32,265 nt of DNA, taken from IMG/VR virus record IMGVR_UViG_3300032562_000011; one strand, given 5' to 3'. Source of the DNA: an uncultured virus (IMG/VR IMGVR_UViG_3300032562_000011). Taxonomy: Duplodnaviria > Heunggongvirae > Uroviricota > Caudoviricetes. A model generated the notes under the pieces. The model searched no databases, had not been told where the DNA came from, and saw nothing but the letters and a program-made list of their open reading frames with translations. This document shows, piece by piece, positions 1 to 9,446 of the stretch. The position numbers and the translations under genes are program-made. The first letter of the stretch is position 1. Every line of letters begins with the position of its first letter.

Positions 1-278
1 TCAAAAGAGAACTGCTTAGCTTTTTGTATTTGTATACAACAAAGAAAGGCGTGACTCTTGAGTTAGCCTCCTACACCTTAGACGATGAACAGTTGTCTGA
101 GACTATGGAGTACTTAGATGAAAAGGGAACGAACCCCTTTAGATATTTCACTACATATCCATCTATACAAAGCCTTATAGACGAGCTACCATACCGCCCT
201 GAAGTTGTTGGGGTGCTGGATGCTCCGCAAAACATATTACGATACGGACACTGGGGATTGGACTACAGCAACTTATGA
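1..278 (+). CDS. hypothetical protein, 5'-truncated by window edge
   Basis: Frame is open from position 3 (KRELLSFLY...) to TGA at 276-278, which overlaps the ATG of the helicase (ATGA). Confidence 0.7.
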   Translation, partial: KRELLSFLYLYTTKKGVTLELASYTLDDEQLSETMEYLDEKGTNPFRYFTTYPSIQSLIDELPYRPEVVGVLDAPQNILRYGHWGLDYSNL

Positions 279-1501
279 ACAACGAAGCAAAACTATTAAG
301 TAAAGTTATTGAGAGCCGTAACCTTGGATTAATCTTAGAGCGCGGAGTTGATGCAGAGTGGTTTGCTGATGCAAACGATAAAAAGATATTCACCTTCCTG
401 CAAAAACACTTTACCTATTATCAAGAATGTCCAAGCCTTGATTTGGTAATTGAAAACTTTCCTACATATAGTCTTTTAAAAGTAGAAGACAACATTGAAT
501 ACTTTTTAGACAGGCTTGTAGCAAGCCGCCGTAAGCTTTCAATCATTCATACGATTGGAGAAGCCCTCACCTCTATTGAAAAAGAAGCAGACCATGAGAG
601 CGCACTGCTTGCTATGGAGCGCGGAATTATACGATTGGAAGAGGCAGGCCTCACCAAGTCTAATGATTTGGAAATTACTAAAGCAGCCAAACACGCTAAG
701 ACAGAGTACGAGTTCCGCAAAAACAATCCAGGACTACTAGGTATCCCAACAGGTTTTCCCACTATGGATGAATCTACCTCGGGCTTACAACCTGGTCAGC
801 TCATTGTTATCGTTGCTCCACCTAAGACTGGTAAATCTACATTAGCTTTGCAGATTGCTATTAACTGCCAGCTTGAGGGCAAGGTTCCTATGTTCATGTC
901 CTTTGAGATGAGCAACAACGAGCAGAAGAACCGTTACTACGCTATGCGAGCTCGCATTGCATACAGGCGTTTAATGACGGGTACGCTTACTACTGAAGAA
1001 GAAAGTCGTTTCTATACCAAAGTAGACGCCATCCAAGATATGGAAGACAAGTTCCACTTTGTTGACTCTTCCAACGGGCAGACCGTTAGTTCTGTAGCCA
1101 GCAAGGTGCAGAGTAAAAACCCAGATATCATCTTTATTGACGGTACCTACTTGATGATTGATGAGGTGACTGGGGAATCCAACACCCCGCAATCAATTAC
1201 TAACATTACTCGTAGCCTCAAGCGTTTGGCGCAAAAGATTAATAAGCCTATTGTTATCTCAACGCAAGCGCTTTCATGGAAGATGCGTGGCGGTCAAGTT
1301 ACCGCTGACTCAATCGGTTACTCCTCTTCTTTCCACCAAGACGCCGACGTTATCTTTGGTCTACAGCGTGAGGACGAGGCCGTAGATGACACTCGCCTAC
1401 TGCGCGTTATCGCCAGCCGTAACTCTGGTCTTACCGAGGTTTCATTGACATGGGATTGGGATACCGCTACATTCCGTGAAATGAACGAGGATGACCTGTG
1501 A
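275..1501 (+). CDS. dnaB: DnaB-like (SF4) replicative DNA helicase
   Basis: GIPTGFPTMDESTSGLQPGQLIVIVAPPKTGKS (Walker A), SFEMS, IIFIDG (Walker B), LKRLAQKINKPIVISTQ, QDADVIFGLQR, SRN; adjacent to primase. Confidence 0.93.
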   Translation: MNNEAKLLSKVIESRNLGLILERGVDAEWFADANDKKIFTFLQKHFTYYQECPSLDLVIENFPTYSLLKVEDNIEYFLDRLVASRRKLSIIHTIGEALTSIEKEADHESALLAMERGIIRLEEAGLTKSNDLEITKAAKHAKTEYEFRKNNPGLLGIPTGFPTMDESTSGLQPGQLIVIVAPPKTGKSTLALQIAINCQLEGKVPMFMSFEMSNNEQKNRYYAMRARIAYRRLMTGTLTTEEESRFYTKVDAIQDMEDKFHFVDSSNGQTVSSVASKVQSKNPDIIFIDGTYLMIDEVTGESNTPQSITNITRSLKRLAQKINKPIVISTQALSWKMRGGQVTADSIGYSSSFHQDADVIFGLQREDEAVDDTRLLRVIASRNSGLTEVSLTWDWDTATFREMNEDDL

Positions 1502-2424
1502 CAGTTGATGAAATGACTTCTACTCTTGAGCGCTTAGGGCTTGATGTCCTAGGTTCTCATGGGTACGAGATTCAAGGTCAATGCCCTGCTCATATTGAGC
1601 GCACGGGTCACGCTGACCGTAATCCGTCTTGGTATATCAACGCTGATACGGGCGCACACATATGTTTTTCTTGTGGCTGGAAAGGCAACCTTTACAGTTT
1701 AATTGCGTACGTAACCAAAGTTGATTACGAAAAAGCTAGTGAATGGCTTGGCTCTGTAGATAGTCTTGTCTCTAGGTTTAATGGATTACAGAAAGTAACT
1801 AAGCCTAAGATAGAAGAGCCCACGCACATCACGGGTTCCATGTTACGCGCTTTCTCTACCCCACCAGATTACGCGCTTAACGCTAGGGGCTTGAGTAATA
1901 CTGCTGTTACTACCTACGGGATTCTGTGGGATGAGCGTAATCGAAATTGGATTATTCCTATTAGAGACCCCCACAAAGACACTCTATTAGGATGGCAAGA
2001 AAAGGGCTTTGACCACCGCTACTTTAATAATAAGCCTGCTGGTGTGAAGAAGAGCGAGACGCTATTTGGGTATAACGAGAACGTATTTAATTGGGCAGTC
2101 ATTGTTGAATCACCCCTAGACGTAGTACGCCTAGCGTCTATTGGAATTCCAGGGTTAGCTACCTACGGGGCTATGGTATCTAAAGCGCAGTTCAATCTTA
2201 TTCGTGGTTTGGATAAGGTTATCTTCGCTATGGACAACGACGAAGCAGGAAGAAACTCTGCCAAAGACCTACTGGCAATGTGTCAAGAGATGGGTGTAGA
2301 ATCCTGGTTCTTCAACTACGGTGACTTAGACGTCAAAGACGTAGGTGGTATGAGCAAGTCCGAAGTACTTAACGGGATTGAAAAGGCACGGCATATGGTT
2401 AGGAAAGACCGAGCCATACATTAA
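1498..2424 (+). CDS. DNA primase (zinc-binding domain + Toprim)
   Basis: N-terminal CPAH...CFSC zinc finger, IIPIRD, Toprim VESPLD and AMDND motifs, KDVG; GTGA overlap with helicase. Confidence 0.9.
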   Translation: MTVDEMTSTLERLGLDVLGSHGYEIQGQCPAHIERTGHADRNPSWYINADTGAHICFSCGWKGNLYSLIAYVTKVDYEKASEWLGSVDSLVSRFNGLQKVTKPKIEEPTHITGSMLRAFSTPPDYALNARGLSNTAVTTYGILWDERNRNWIIPIRDPHKDTLLGWQEKGFDHRYFNNKPAGVKKSETLFGYNENVFNWAVIVESPLDVVRLASIGIPGLATYGAMVSKAQFNLIRGLDKVIFAMDNDEAGRNSAKDLLAMCQEMGVESWFFNYGDLDVKDVGGMSKSEVLNGIEKARHMVRKDRAIH

Positions 2425-2433
2425 GGGGTACAC

Positions 2434-2994
2434 ATGATTATTGGATTAACTGGCTACGCACAAAGCGGTAAAGACACAGTTGCTAAAACTCTTATTGATA
2501 ACTATGGTTTCAAACGCATCGCTTTTGCTGACCCTATACGCGAACTTCTATACGAAATGAACCCCATAATTGGATTTGAGGTTGATGGCGGAGGGTGGGA
2601 CTTAAAGACTGTTGTAGACCGAGACGGTTGGGATTTTGCTAAACAAGACCCCGAAGTTCGTCGTCTGCTTCAGGACTTAGGTGTTGGTGCCCGCAATGTA
2701 TTCTATGAAGACTTTTGGGTTGACGTAGCCTTAGCAGATGTAACTAACTACAAAGACGGCAACCATTTTGTTATTACAGACGTTAGATTTATGAATGAGC
2801 TTCTTCAGATTAAACGCATGGGCGGTCAGATTTGGCGTGTAGACCGCCCAAACGTTACTGCGGTTAACAGTCATGTATCTGAATCTGCTCTATCCGAGTA
2901 TGGTGTAGACCTTCTTCTCTATAACCACTCCACTATTGAAAACTTAGAAGAAAACATTAAATCCGTTATGGCAGGAGTATTAAATGCTAAGTGA
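2434..2994 (+). CDS. deoxynucleoside monophosphate kinase
   Basis: MIIGLTGYAQSGKDTVA P-loop, FADPIRE, RRLLQDLG, VITDVRFMNE, HVSE: the phage dNMP kinase pattern. Confidence 0.9.
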   Translation: MIIGLTGYAQSGKDTVAKTLIDNYGFKRIAFADPIRELLYEMNPIIGFEVDGGGWDLKTVVDRDGWDFAKQDPEVRRLLQDLGVGARNVFYEDFWVDVALADVTNYKDGNHFVITDVRFMNELLQIKRMGGQIWRVDRPNVTAVNSHVSESALSEYGVDLLLYNHSTIENLEENIKSVMAGVLNAK

Positions 2995-3301
2995 TGCAGT
3001 TGTAGCAAAAGAAGAAGCTATTGCCTTAGTCGCTTCTGGTATGAACCCAGAGTGGCGAGAGGATGCTTTACGGGCTATTAAGACCTTGGCTGAGCGCGAG
3101 GATGAGTTCACCACCGATAAGGTGTGGGAAGAGCTCTTGACCTTCTCCACAGCGGACACCCCTGAACCTCGTGCCATGGGTGCGGTAATGGTTCAGGCTA
3201 GAAAACTAGGTTACGTACTGCCTACCAACACCTACTTAAATAGCTCAAGGGTTAGTTGTCATAATCGCCCATTGCGCATTTGGAAGTCTAATCTTAGATG
3301 A
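2984..3301 (+). CDS. hypothetical protein, possibly winged-helix DNA-binding
   Basis: ORF with GGAG RBS that overlaps both neighbours; FTTDKVWE...PRAMGAVM...ARKLGYV helical pattern. Confidence 0.6.
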   Translation: MLSDAVVAKEEAIALVASGMNPEWREDALRAIKTLAEREDEFTTDKVWEELLTFSTADTPEPRAMGAVMVQARKLGYVLPTNTYLNSSRVSCHNRPLRIWKSNLR

Positions 3302-4887
3302 CCTTTACTGGCACTTTACTTCCTTACCAACCTGAGGCTGTAGACCGCATGTGCGAACGTGGCACAATGCTTGTCGCTTATGACCTTGGGCTTGGTAAGA
3401 CTGTCCTGACTATTGCCGCCTTGGAGCGGTTAATGGCTGAGCAGAAAATTAAAGAGCCAGGTCTTATAATTTGTTTATCCTCATTGAAATATCAATGGGC
3501 TAATCAGATTGAAAAGTTTACAAGTGGTACTTCACGTGCTTTGGTCATTGACGGAACGCCAGCTAAAAGAGCAAAACAATATGAAGAGGCCTACAACTGG
3601 GCTACTTCAGGAGTTGACTATATTGTCCTCAACTATGAGCAAGTTGTTAATGACTGGGACTTCATTAAAAAACTTCCACGAGGATTTGTAGTACTCGACG
3701 AGGCTACCGCTATTAAGTCGTTTAAATCTAAGCGCACAAAGGCCGTAAAGAAATTGGTCAATGCTCCCTTTAGGTTCGCTCTTACAGGAACACCTATTGA
3801 GAATGGTAAACCCGAGGAGCTTTACAGCATTATGCAGTTCGTAGATAGCTCTGTGCTTGGCCGCTTTGACATATTTGATTCGGCTTTTATCGTGCGCAAT
3901 AGCTGGGGTGGGGTAAACAACTATAGAAACCTTCCCACCTTGCACACAAAAATGAAGGAAGCTTCTGTGCGTAAGTCCCAGAAAGACGCAGACGTAGCGC
4001 CTTACCTTCCAGAGGCTATACATCAAGACCCTATCTTGGTTACGTTTGACCGCAAATCTTCTAAGTTATACACACGCATCTGTGACGACCTTCTACGGGA
4101 CTTAGAGGAGGCTCAGAACCTGTTTGGTGGGGCGTTCAATGTACTTGCTCACTATGGTTATGAGAACCAAAGAGGAGGTCCTGAGGACGAATGGCGCGGT
4201 AAGATTATGTCTAAGATTGGGTGCCTAAAGATGCTCTGCTCTCACCCCGAACTTCTGCATACCAGCGCTGAAAAGTTTAAACAATTAAACGGAGAAGGGT
4301 CTGCCTATGCAAATGAATTGGTTGAGTCTGGCTATCTTGATGGCGTTAGTCATTCACCTAAACTGGACTACCTTACGCAGTATGTCAAAGATTTCTTGGA
4401 CCAAGACGAAGAGAACAAAGTAGTTATATTTGCTACGTATGTTGACATGCTGGACATGATTGCTGAGACCTTAGGCCCTGAAAGATGTAAGCTCTACTCA
4501 GGTAAACTAGATGCCAAGACTAAAGAGGAGAACAAAGTTGCTTTTAACAATGACCCTTCTATCCGTGTCCTCATTAGCTCTGACGCTGGCGGTTATGGCG
4601 TGGACCTTCCCGCGGGTAATCTCCTTGTTAACTATGACCTCCCGTGGTCTTCAGGAGCGGCGACGCAAAGAAACGGTCGTATCATCCGAGCCTCATCTAG
4701 ATTTCAGTCCGCCGTCATACAAGATATTCTGATTGCTGGTTCGGTGGAAGTAAGGCAATACGAAGCCCTTCAACAGAAGAACGCGATAGCCTCAGCCGTC
4801 ATTGATGGAGAAGGAATAGACGATAAAGGCGGAATTCCTCTCACTATTGGCAGTTTAAAGCAGTTTTTGGTAGAGGCTATCGTATAA
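3298..4887 (+). CDS. SNF2-family (SF2) helicase/ATPase
   Basis: YDLGLGKT (motif I), VLDEAT (motif II variant), LTGTPIEN (III), SPKL, KVVIF, SDAGGYGVDL, YDLPWS, QRNGRIIR (VI). Confidence 0.92.
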   Translation: MTFTGTLLPYQPEAVDRMCERGTMLVAYDLGLGKTVLTIAALERLMAEQKIKEPGLIICLSSLKYQWANQIEKFTSGTSRALVIDGTPAKRAKQYEEAYNWATSGVDYIVLNYEQVVNDWDFIKKLPRGFVVLDEATAIKSFKSKRTKAVKKLVNAPFRFALTGTPIENGKPEELYSIMQFVDSSVLGRFDIFDSAFIVRNSWGGVNNYRNLPTLHTKMKEASVRKSQKDADVAPYLPEAIHQDPILVTFDRKSSKLYTRICDDLLRDLEEAQNLFGGAFNVLAHYGYENQRGGPEDEWRGKIMSKIGCLKMLCSHPELLHTSAEKFKQLNGEGSAYANELVESGYLDGVSHSPKLDYLTQYVKDFLDQDEENKVVIFATYVDMLDMIAETLGPERCKLYSGKLDAKTKEENKVAFNNDPSIRVLISSDAGGYGVDLPAGNLLVNYDLPWSSGAATQRNGRIIRASSRFQSAVIQDILIAGSVEVRQYEALQQKNAIASAVIDGEGIDDKGGIPLTIGSLKQFLVEAIV

Positions 4888-4889
4888 AC

Positions 4890-5045
4890 CTATTTTGTAC
4901 CTTTTTTAATATTACAGAGCACATGAGTAGGACGTATATTTTCTATTAAGTCAGTTCCCCCTTTAGACAGTGCAATTACATGGTCTAAATGTAACCCTTT
5001 CTCCCATCCCTCTTTATATCTAGGATGTCTAGGCGGGTCTAGTAA
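4890..5045 (-). pseudogene. HNH endonuclease C-terminal remnant
   Basis: Minus-strand translation LLDPPRHPRYKEGWEKGLHLDHVIALSKGGTDLIENIRPTHVLCNIKKGTK*, containing the HNH core; in-frame TAG directly upstream (5046-5048) and no start codon ahead of the motif. Confidence 0.8.
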
Positions 5046-5112
5046 CTACAGGAAGTTTTTGTGTGTTAACATTATTGTCATTCATACTAGTTTAAGTATA
5101 ACATTGAAGGAT

Positions 5113-5280
5113 GTGGTTAAGTCGCCTAACGCGCCTAAGACTCCTACACGTACTATCCGTGTATCCGATGACCTATGGCTTGCTGTTCAAAAGAAGGCTT
5201 CTAAGGAAAAGGTCACGGTAACAAGCGTGATTATCGAAGCGCTTGAGGCGTATATTGCCCTTGACAAGAGGTTGGACTAG
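5113..5280 (+). CDS. ribbon-helix-helix DNA-binding protein
   Basis: TRTIRVSDDLWLAVQKKASKEKVTVTSVIIEALEAYI fits the RHH strand-helix-helix pattern; GTG start at 5113 is a best guess. Confidence 0.75.
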   Translation: MVKSPNAPKTPTRTIRVSDDLWLAVQKKASKEKVTVTSVIIEALEAYIALDKRLD

Positions 5281-5289
5281 TACTAAATT
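5261..5289 (+). promoter_or_regulatory. sigma70/SigA-type promoter
   Basis: TTGACA (5261-5266), 17 nt spacer, TAAATT (5284-5289); AAGGAG RBS and GTG start follow. Confidence 0.7.
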
Positions 5290-5313
5290 ACTCCTTCTAA
5301 CCAAGGAGTAGAT

Positions 5314-5721
5314 GTGAACTTAGAAGAAATTAAAAAGAATGCTCACCAGTACTTTGTACTTAAATCCGAGAGCACCTTACTCACTGCCAGACAAAACGAA
5401 TTAAAGAAGCGTCTACTTGATTCTTTAGATGATGCTGAGGCTGACGATAAAGGTCATAAAGTCCTGTCTTTTGAGGACTCGGACCTAGGTACGGTTAAGC
5501 TGACCAAACAACGTCGTGTTACTAAGAACCTTGATATGGATATCGCAGAAGACCTCCTAACTAAAAAAGGTATTAAAGATACCTGTGTTAAGATGGTTCC
5601 TATGCTAGACGAAGCCGCAATCATGGCCGCTTTCTATGAAGGTTACCTAACAGAAGAAGACATTGATAGCATGTTCCCTGCAAAGGAGTCCTTTGCTTTT
5701 TTGATTGACGCGGCTAAATGA
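5314..5721 (+). CDS. hypothetical phage protein (N-terminal coiled coil)
   Basis: 135 aa ORF with AAGGAG RBS, ATGA overlap with next gene. Confidence 0.75.
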   Translation: MNLEEIKKNAHQYFVLKSESTLLTARQNELKKRLLDSLDDAEADDKGHKVLSFEDSDLGTVKLTKQRRVTKNLDMDIAEDLLTKKGIKDTCVKMVPMLDEAAIMAAFYEGYLTEEDIDSMFPAKESFAFLIDAAK

Positions 5722-6185
5722 CCGAAGATTTCATTGACTCTACCTTTGCTGACCTGGATACTTACTATCCAGGCAGTAAACGCAAGCAGAAAAAGATAGA
5801 ACCTAAAAAGCCTGAGGTAACCCCTGATGTTGCTTGGGATTCTAAGCCGTTCGTAAAGGTACTTCCCAATGGTAAAAGCATTGAGATGTTTACTATCGGC
5901 GCGCTTGCGCAGGCTCTAGGCCGCCCTGTAATAACAATCCGCGCATGGATTAAAGAGGGTTACCTTCCAGCCTCCCCCTACCGCCTCCCAGCCAAAAAGA
6001 ACATCCATGGTGAAGACCACCAAGGGCGCAGGCTTTACTCTCGCGCTATGGTGGAAAAGGTGGTAGAGTTATTCCGTGCCTCTGGCATTCTAGAGGTAAA
6101 GCGAATAGAATGGCCGACACACCGACAAGTCACTCGTGATATTGTCGAGGCATGGGGTAACATCCGTGCAGAAGAAACTAATTAA
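5718..6185 (+). CDS. MerR-like helix-turn-helix DNA-binding protein
   Basis: FTIGALAQALGRPVITIRAWIKEGYLP...GRRLYSRAMVE is the MerR wHTH signature. Confidence 0.8.
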   Translation: MTEDFIDSTFADLDTYYPGSKRKQKKIEPKKPEVTPDVAWDSKPFVKVLPNGKSIEMFTIGALAQALGRPVITIRAWIKEGYLPASPYRLPAKKNIHGEDHQGRRLYSRAMVEKVVELFRASGILEVKRIEWPTHRQVTRDIVEAWGNIRAEETN

Positions 6186-6217
6186 AACAACATACAATCA
6201 AAGGAAAATAAAATACA

Positions 6218-6907
6218 ATGGCAATCAACCGAACTGAAGCAGAAGCAACAGCGTACGTCCCAGAAAACGATGAATTCAACACTTCATCACTTGACGCTCG
6301 TCCCGCACAAGCCACTAGCACTCTCGTGCAATCAGGCTGGGAAGCAGCAGAAAAACTAACCGCTCCATCAAAAGAGTATCCAACTGAGTTTAAGTTTGAT
6401 GCTAATGGTGGATATCAAATCATTAAGTTTCTAGACCAAGATGGTCCTTTCGCCGTGTACAAGTTGCACTTCTTGTCTCAAAAGACAGAGGGACAACGCT
6501 CTTATGTTTCACACGGACCTAACGACCCTCTTTGCACAAAGCTTGGTAGTAAGCCTGAAGAGAAGCGCGCCTTCTCTATTGTGAACCTCAGTCACCCTGA
6601 AGGTCCAAAGCGTCAGATGCTTATTGCTAGCCCACGTCTATTCAAGACCCTCCACGCGGCTCACTTCTCCCCACAAGGTCCTCTAACCAAGAACTACTGG
6701 GCTGTTAGCCGTACAGGTAAGATGCAAACAACCACGTATCACATCAACCCAGTTAAGCCCCGTGACCTCATGGAAGACTGGGCTATTGATGAAACAGCCG
6801 CGGAAGCCTCTGTAGCGTCCTTCGTTTCGTACACTCGTGCGGACATTAAGGAAAATACATGGGAAGAGCTTGAGGCTGTAGCCGCTTCTCTTTCACCTGC
6901 ATTCTAA
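6218..6907 (+). CDS. probable single-stranded DNA-binding protein (gp32-like)
   Basis: Directly upstream of the polymerase; IIKFLD...YKLHF, DPLC, WAVSRTGKMQTTTYHI pattern; AAGGA RBS. Confidence 0.55.
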   Translation: MAINRTEAEATAYVPENDEFNTSSLDARPAQATSTLVQSGWEAAEKLTAPSKEYPTEFKFDANGGYQIIKFLDQDGPFAVYKLHFLSQKTEGQRSYVSHGPNDPLCTKLGSKPEEKRAFSIVNLSHPEGPKRQMLIASPRLFKTLHAAHFSPQGPLTKNYWAVSRTGKMQTTTYHINPVKPRDLMEDWAIDETAAEASVASFVSYTRADIKENTWEELEAVAASLSPAF

Positions 6908-6925
6908 CCAACAAAAACTAGAACG

Positions 6926-6963
6926 CTGGCGGGTCAAGTCTTTTATTAGACTTGGCCTTCCAG
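6926..6963 (+). promoter_or_regulatory. intergenic stem-loop (attenuator/processing site candidate)
   Basis: CTGG..GGGTCAAGTCT-TTTATT-AGACTTGGCCT..CCAG hairpin between SSB and polymerase, just upstream of the GGGGGA RBS. Confidence 0.5.
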
Positions 6964-6981
6964 TCTTATTGGGGGAACCAT

Positions 6982-8970
6982 TTGAATATTATTACGACTA
7001 AAGAAGATTTACAGGAATTAGTCTCGTACTACATGGCGCAAGACGCCTTTGCTTTTGACGTGGAAACTGTGGGTGTTCATCGCGGTGTTCCCGTAGAGAA
7101 TGAAGTTTTATGGATTAGCCTAGCCACTCATGGTCGCGGAGATGCTATCCCCGTGGGTCACCCTAACGGAGAATTTATTGAGTTCATCCGACCACTTACA
7201 GGTCAAGGTCAGAAGCGAGTAGAAGCAGGACTTCCTGCTCGCCCACTAGATTATTCACGAGATGACAAGAAGGCTGTAAAAACTTTCAGCCCTCCACCAG
7301 CGCAGTTGTTCCCTGCCGAAGTCTTTGAGGCGCTAAAGCCTTTAATGTTTAATGAGAACATACTTACCATTGGCCACAACCTAGCCTTTGACCTTTGCTC
7401 TGTCGCTAAATACTACGGGGGCACCATCCCAGCAGGACCTTACTTTGACACTCTCATGGGTTCCTTTGTCTATGACAATCGTAATAAGGGAAAGCTCGGT
7501 CTTGATGACTGTCTACAAAGAGAGCTTGGGTTCTCTATGGAGAAGGGCATTGGGCACAAGGTTGAGGAATACTCTTTTGATGAGGTCGCTAAGTACTCTT
7601 ATCTAGATTCTAAATACACATTCTTATTATGGAAAGCCATTGAGCCTAAGCTTATTGAAGCTGAGGTAGATAAGGTAATGAACCTTGAGATGGGTGTGTT
7701 GAAAGTTCTATGCGATATGAAACTTACTGGCGCGCCTATCAATGAGGCTCATCTTGCTGAACTACAGGTTAAGCTAGAAGCTGAGCTAGAAGAAGTCAAG
7801 GGTAGGATTTACCAAGAGGCTGGCCGTGTATTTAACATCAATTCTAATGCAGAAAAGCAATACATCCTCTACGGTCCTGTAGAAGAAGGCTGCCGAGGAC
7901 TAGCTCCTGTTATTTTGACCACCGCAGGTGCTAGAAACGATAACCCTACTTATAAGGACTACTCAGTATCAGCAGACGCTTTAGAGCCTTATCGTGAGAC
8001 AGATATCTTGGTGGGGGCGCTCTTAGAATATGCAGACCTTAATAAGTTAATCAGTACCTACGTCATTCCATACCTTGGGGGGGACGTCATCAAGACTACT
8101 AACGGAAAGTCTAAGACAGAGACTCGTGAGAGCATGCTTATTAACGGGCGCATCTACGGAGACTTCGTTCAGTGGGGCGCAGAGACTGGGCGTTTTTCAA
8201 GCCGTAACCCTAATCTTCAAAACATTCCCGCCCCTAATAAAAAGTTGGGTCCTGATAAAGACCACGGAACACTTATCCGCACCATGTTCTATGCGCCTGA
8301 GGGGTACAAGCTAGTAGTAGCCGATTACTCTCAGATTGAACCTCGTGTGCTGGCTTCTATGTCTAAAGACCCTATTCTTATGAGTACCTACAATACCCCT
8401 GGGGTAAAGGGTGATATCTATACCACTATCGGTGAGACTATGGGCGTAGACCGAAAAGCAGGTAAGGTACTGGTTCTTGCTATGATGTACGGCGTAGGTC
8501 CAGACAAGATTTCCGCGCAGATTGGCTGTACATTGCCTGAGGCCAAAGCCCTTCTGACCAGTTTCTCGGATAAGTTTCCTTCTGTTAATGAGTACCGCGC
8601 TAAGGTTATTGGTGTTGTTCGTAACAAAGGGTACATAGCCACGCTACTCAAGCGCCGTCGCTATCTTCCAGACATTAATTCTAGGCAAAATGGTTTTAGA
8701 GCCAGTGCTGAGCGTCAGGCATTCAACACCCGTATTCAAGGGTCAGCCGCAGATATTATTAAACTTGCTATGATTAGGGCGCACGATATGATTCCTAAAG
8801 AGTCTAAATTGTTGCTCACAGTTCACGATGAACTGGTAACGTTAACCCCCGACCATCTCGCTGAAGAGACTGCCAACGCTATCCGTGAGGCGATGGAAGG
8901 TATTAAACTACTAGATGTTCCACTAATCGCAGATTTAAATATCGTACAGACATGGGGTGACGCCAAGTGA
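6982..8970 (+). CDS. polA: family A DNA polymerase with 3'-5' exonuclease domain
   Basis: ExoI FAFDVET, ExoII GHNLAFD, ExoIII YSYLD, TGRFSSRNPNLQNIP, motif A ADYSQIEPR, motif B RKAGKVLVLAMMYG, motif C VHDEL; TTG start at 6982 chosen from the GGGGGA RBS. Confidence 0.95.
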   Translation: MNIITTKEDLQELVSYYMAQDAFAFDVETVGVHRGVPVENEVLWISLATHGRGDAIPVGHPNGEFIEFIRPLTGQGQKRVEAGLPARPLDYSRDDKKAVKTFSPPPAQLFPAEVFEALKPLMFNENILTIGHNLAFDLCSVAKYYGGTIPAGPYFDTLMGSFVYDNRNKGKLGLDDCLQRELGFSMEKGIGHKVEEYSFDEVAKYSYLDSKYTFLLWKAIEPKLIEAEVDKVMNLEMGVLKVLCDMKLTGAPINEAHLAELQVKLEAELEEVKGRIYQEAGRVFNINSNAEKQYILYGPVEEGCRGLAPVILTTAGARNDNPTYKDYSVSADALEPYRETDILVGALLEYADLNKLISTYVIPYLGGDVIKTTNGKSKTETRESMLINGRIYGDFVQWGAETGRFSSRNPNLQNIPAPNKKLGPDKDHGTLIRTMFYAPEGYKLVVADYSQIEPRVLASMSKDPILMSTYNTPGVKGDIYTTIGETMGVDRKAGKVLVLAMMYGVGPDKISAQIGCTLPEAKALLTSFSDKFPSVNEYRAKVIGVVRNKGYIATLLKRRRYLPDINSRQNGFRASAERQAFNTRIQGSAADIIKLAMIRAHDMIPKESKLLLTVHDELVTLTPDHLAEETANAIREAMEGIKLLDVPLIADLNIVQTWGDAK

Positions 8971-9446
8971 ATTGGTTTAAACGGTTATTCAATAAAGAAG
9001 CTGAGTTTGAGATTGTTACTCATCAGGTGCCTATGAGTACTGTGTGTCGTTGGTACCTATATGACACAGGGCTAGTAGAAGACGTCAATGGTATGGCTGA
9101 ACTCTTGGGTTTAAATAGAATTAGCCTTGAGGGTGAAGAGATGGAACGCGAAGAGAGCGATGCTCGTATGCGCAACATAGAGCCTCTTTTCCCTTTCTTA
9201 GATTCCATTGCGGATTTTAGTTCACAGCTATTAACTACAATCCACATGAAAGAGATTGTTGATAGTAACCCTGATGTTGACGCAGATGACCTTTCTAAAA
9301 AGGCTGGGGACATGAGTTCTATTTACAAAGCCGCCGCTCTATCCTCTTTAATCGGTGGCATATCCGCTGCTGTAGACTTGGGCTTATTGCACCACGACGC
9401 GGTTAACACTGGCGTACATAATCTAGGAGATGGACATGAGCACTAG
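8967..9446 (+). CDS. hypothetical protein
   Basis: 159 aa ORF, GTGA overlap with polA. Confidence 0.75.
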   Translation: MNWFKRLFNKEAEFEIVTHQVPMSTVCRWYLYDTGLVEDVNGMAELLGLNRISLEGEEMEREESDARMRNIEPLFPFLDSIADFSSQLLTTIHMKEIVDSNPDVDADDLSKKAGDMSSIYKAAALSSLIGGISAAVDLGLLHHDAVNTGVHNLGDGHEH

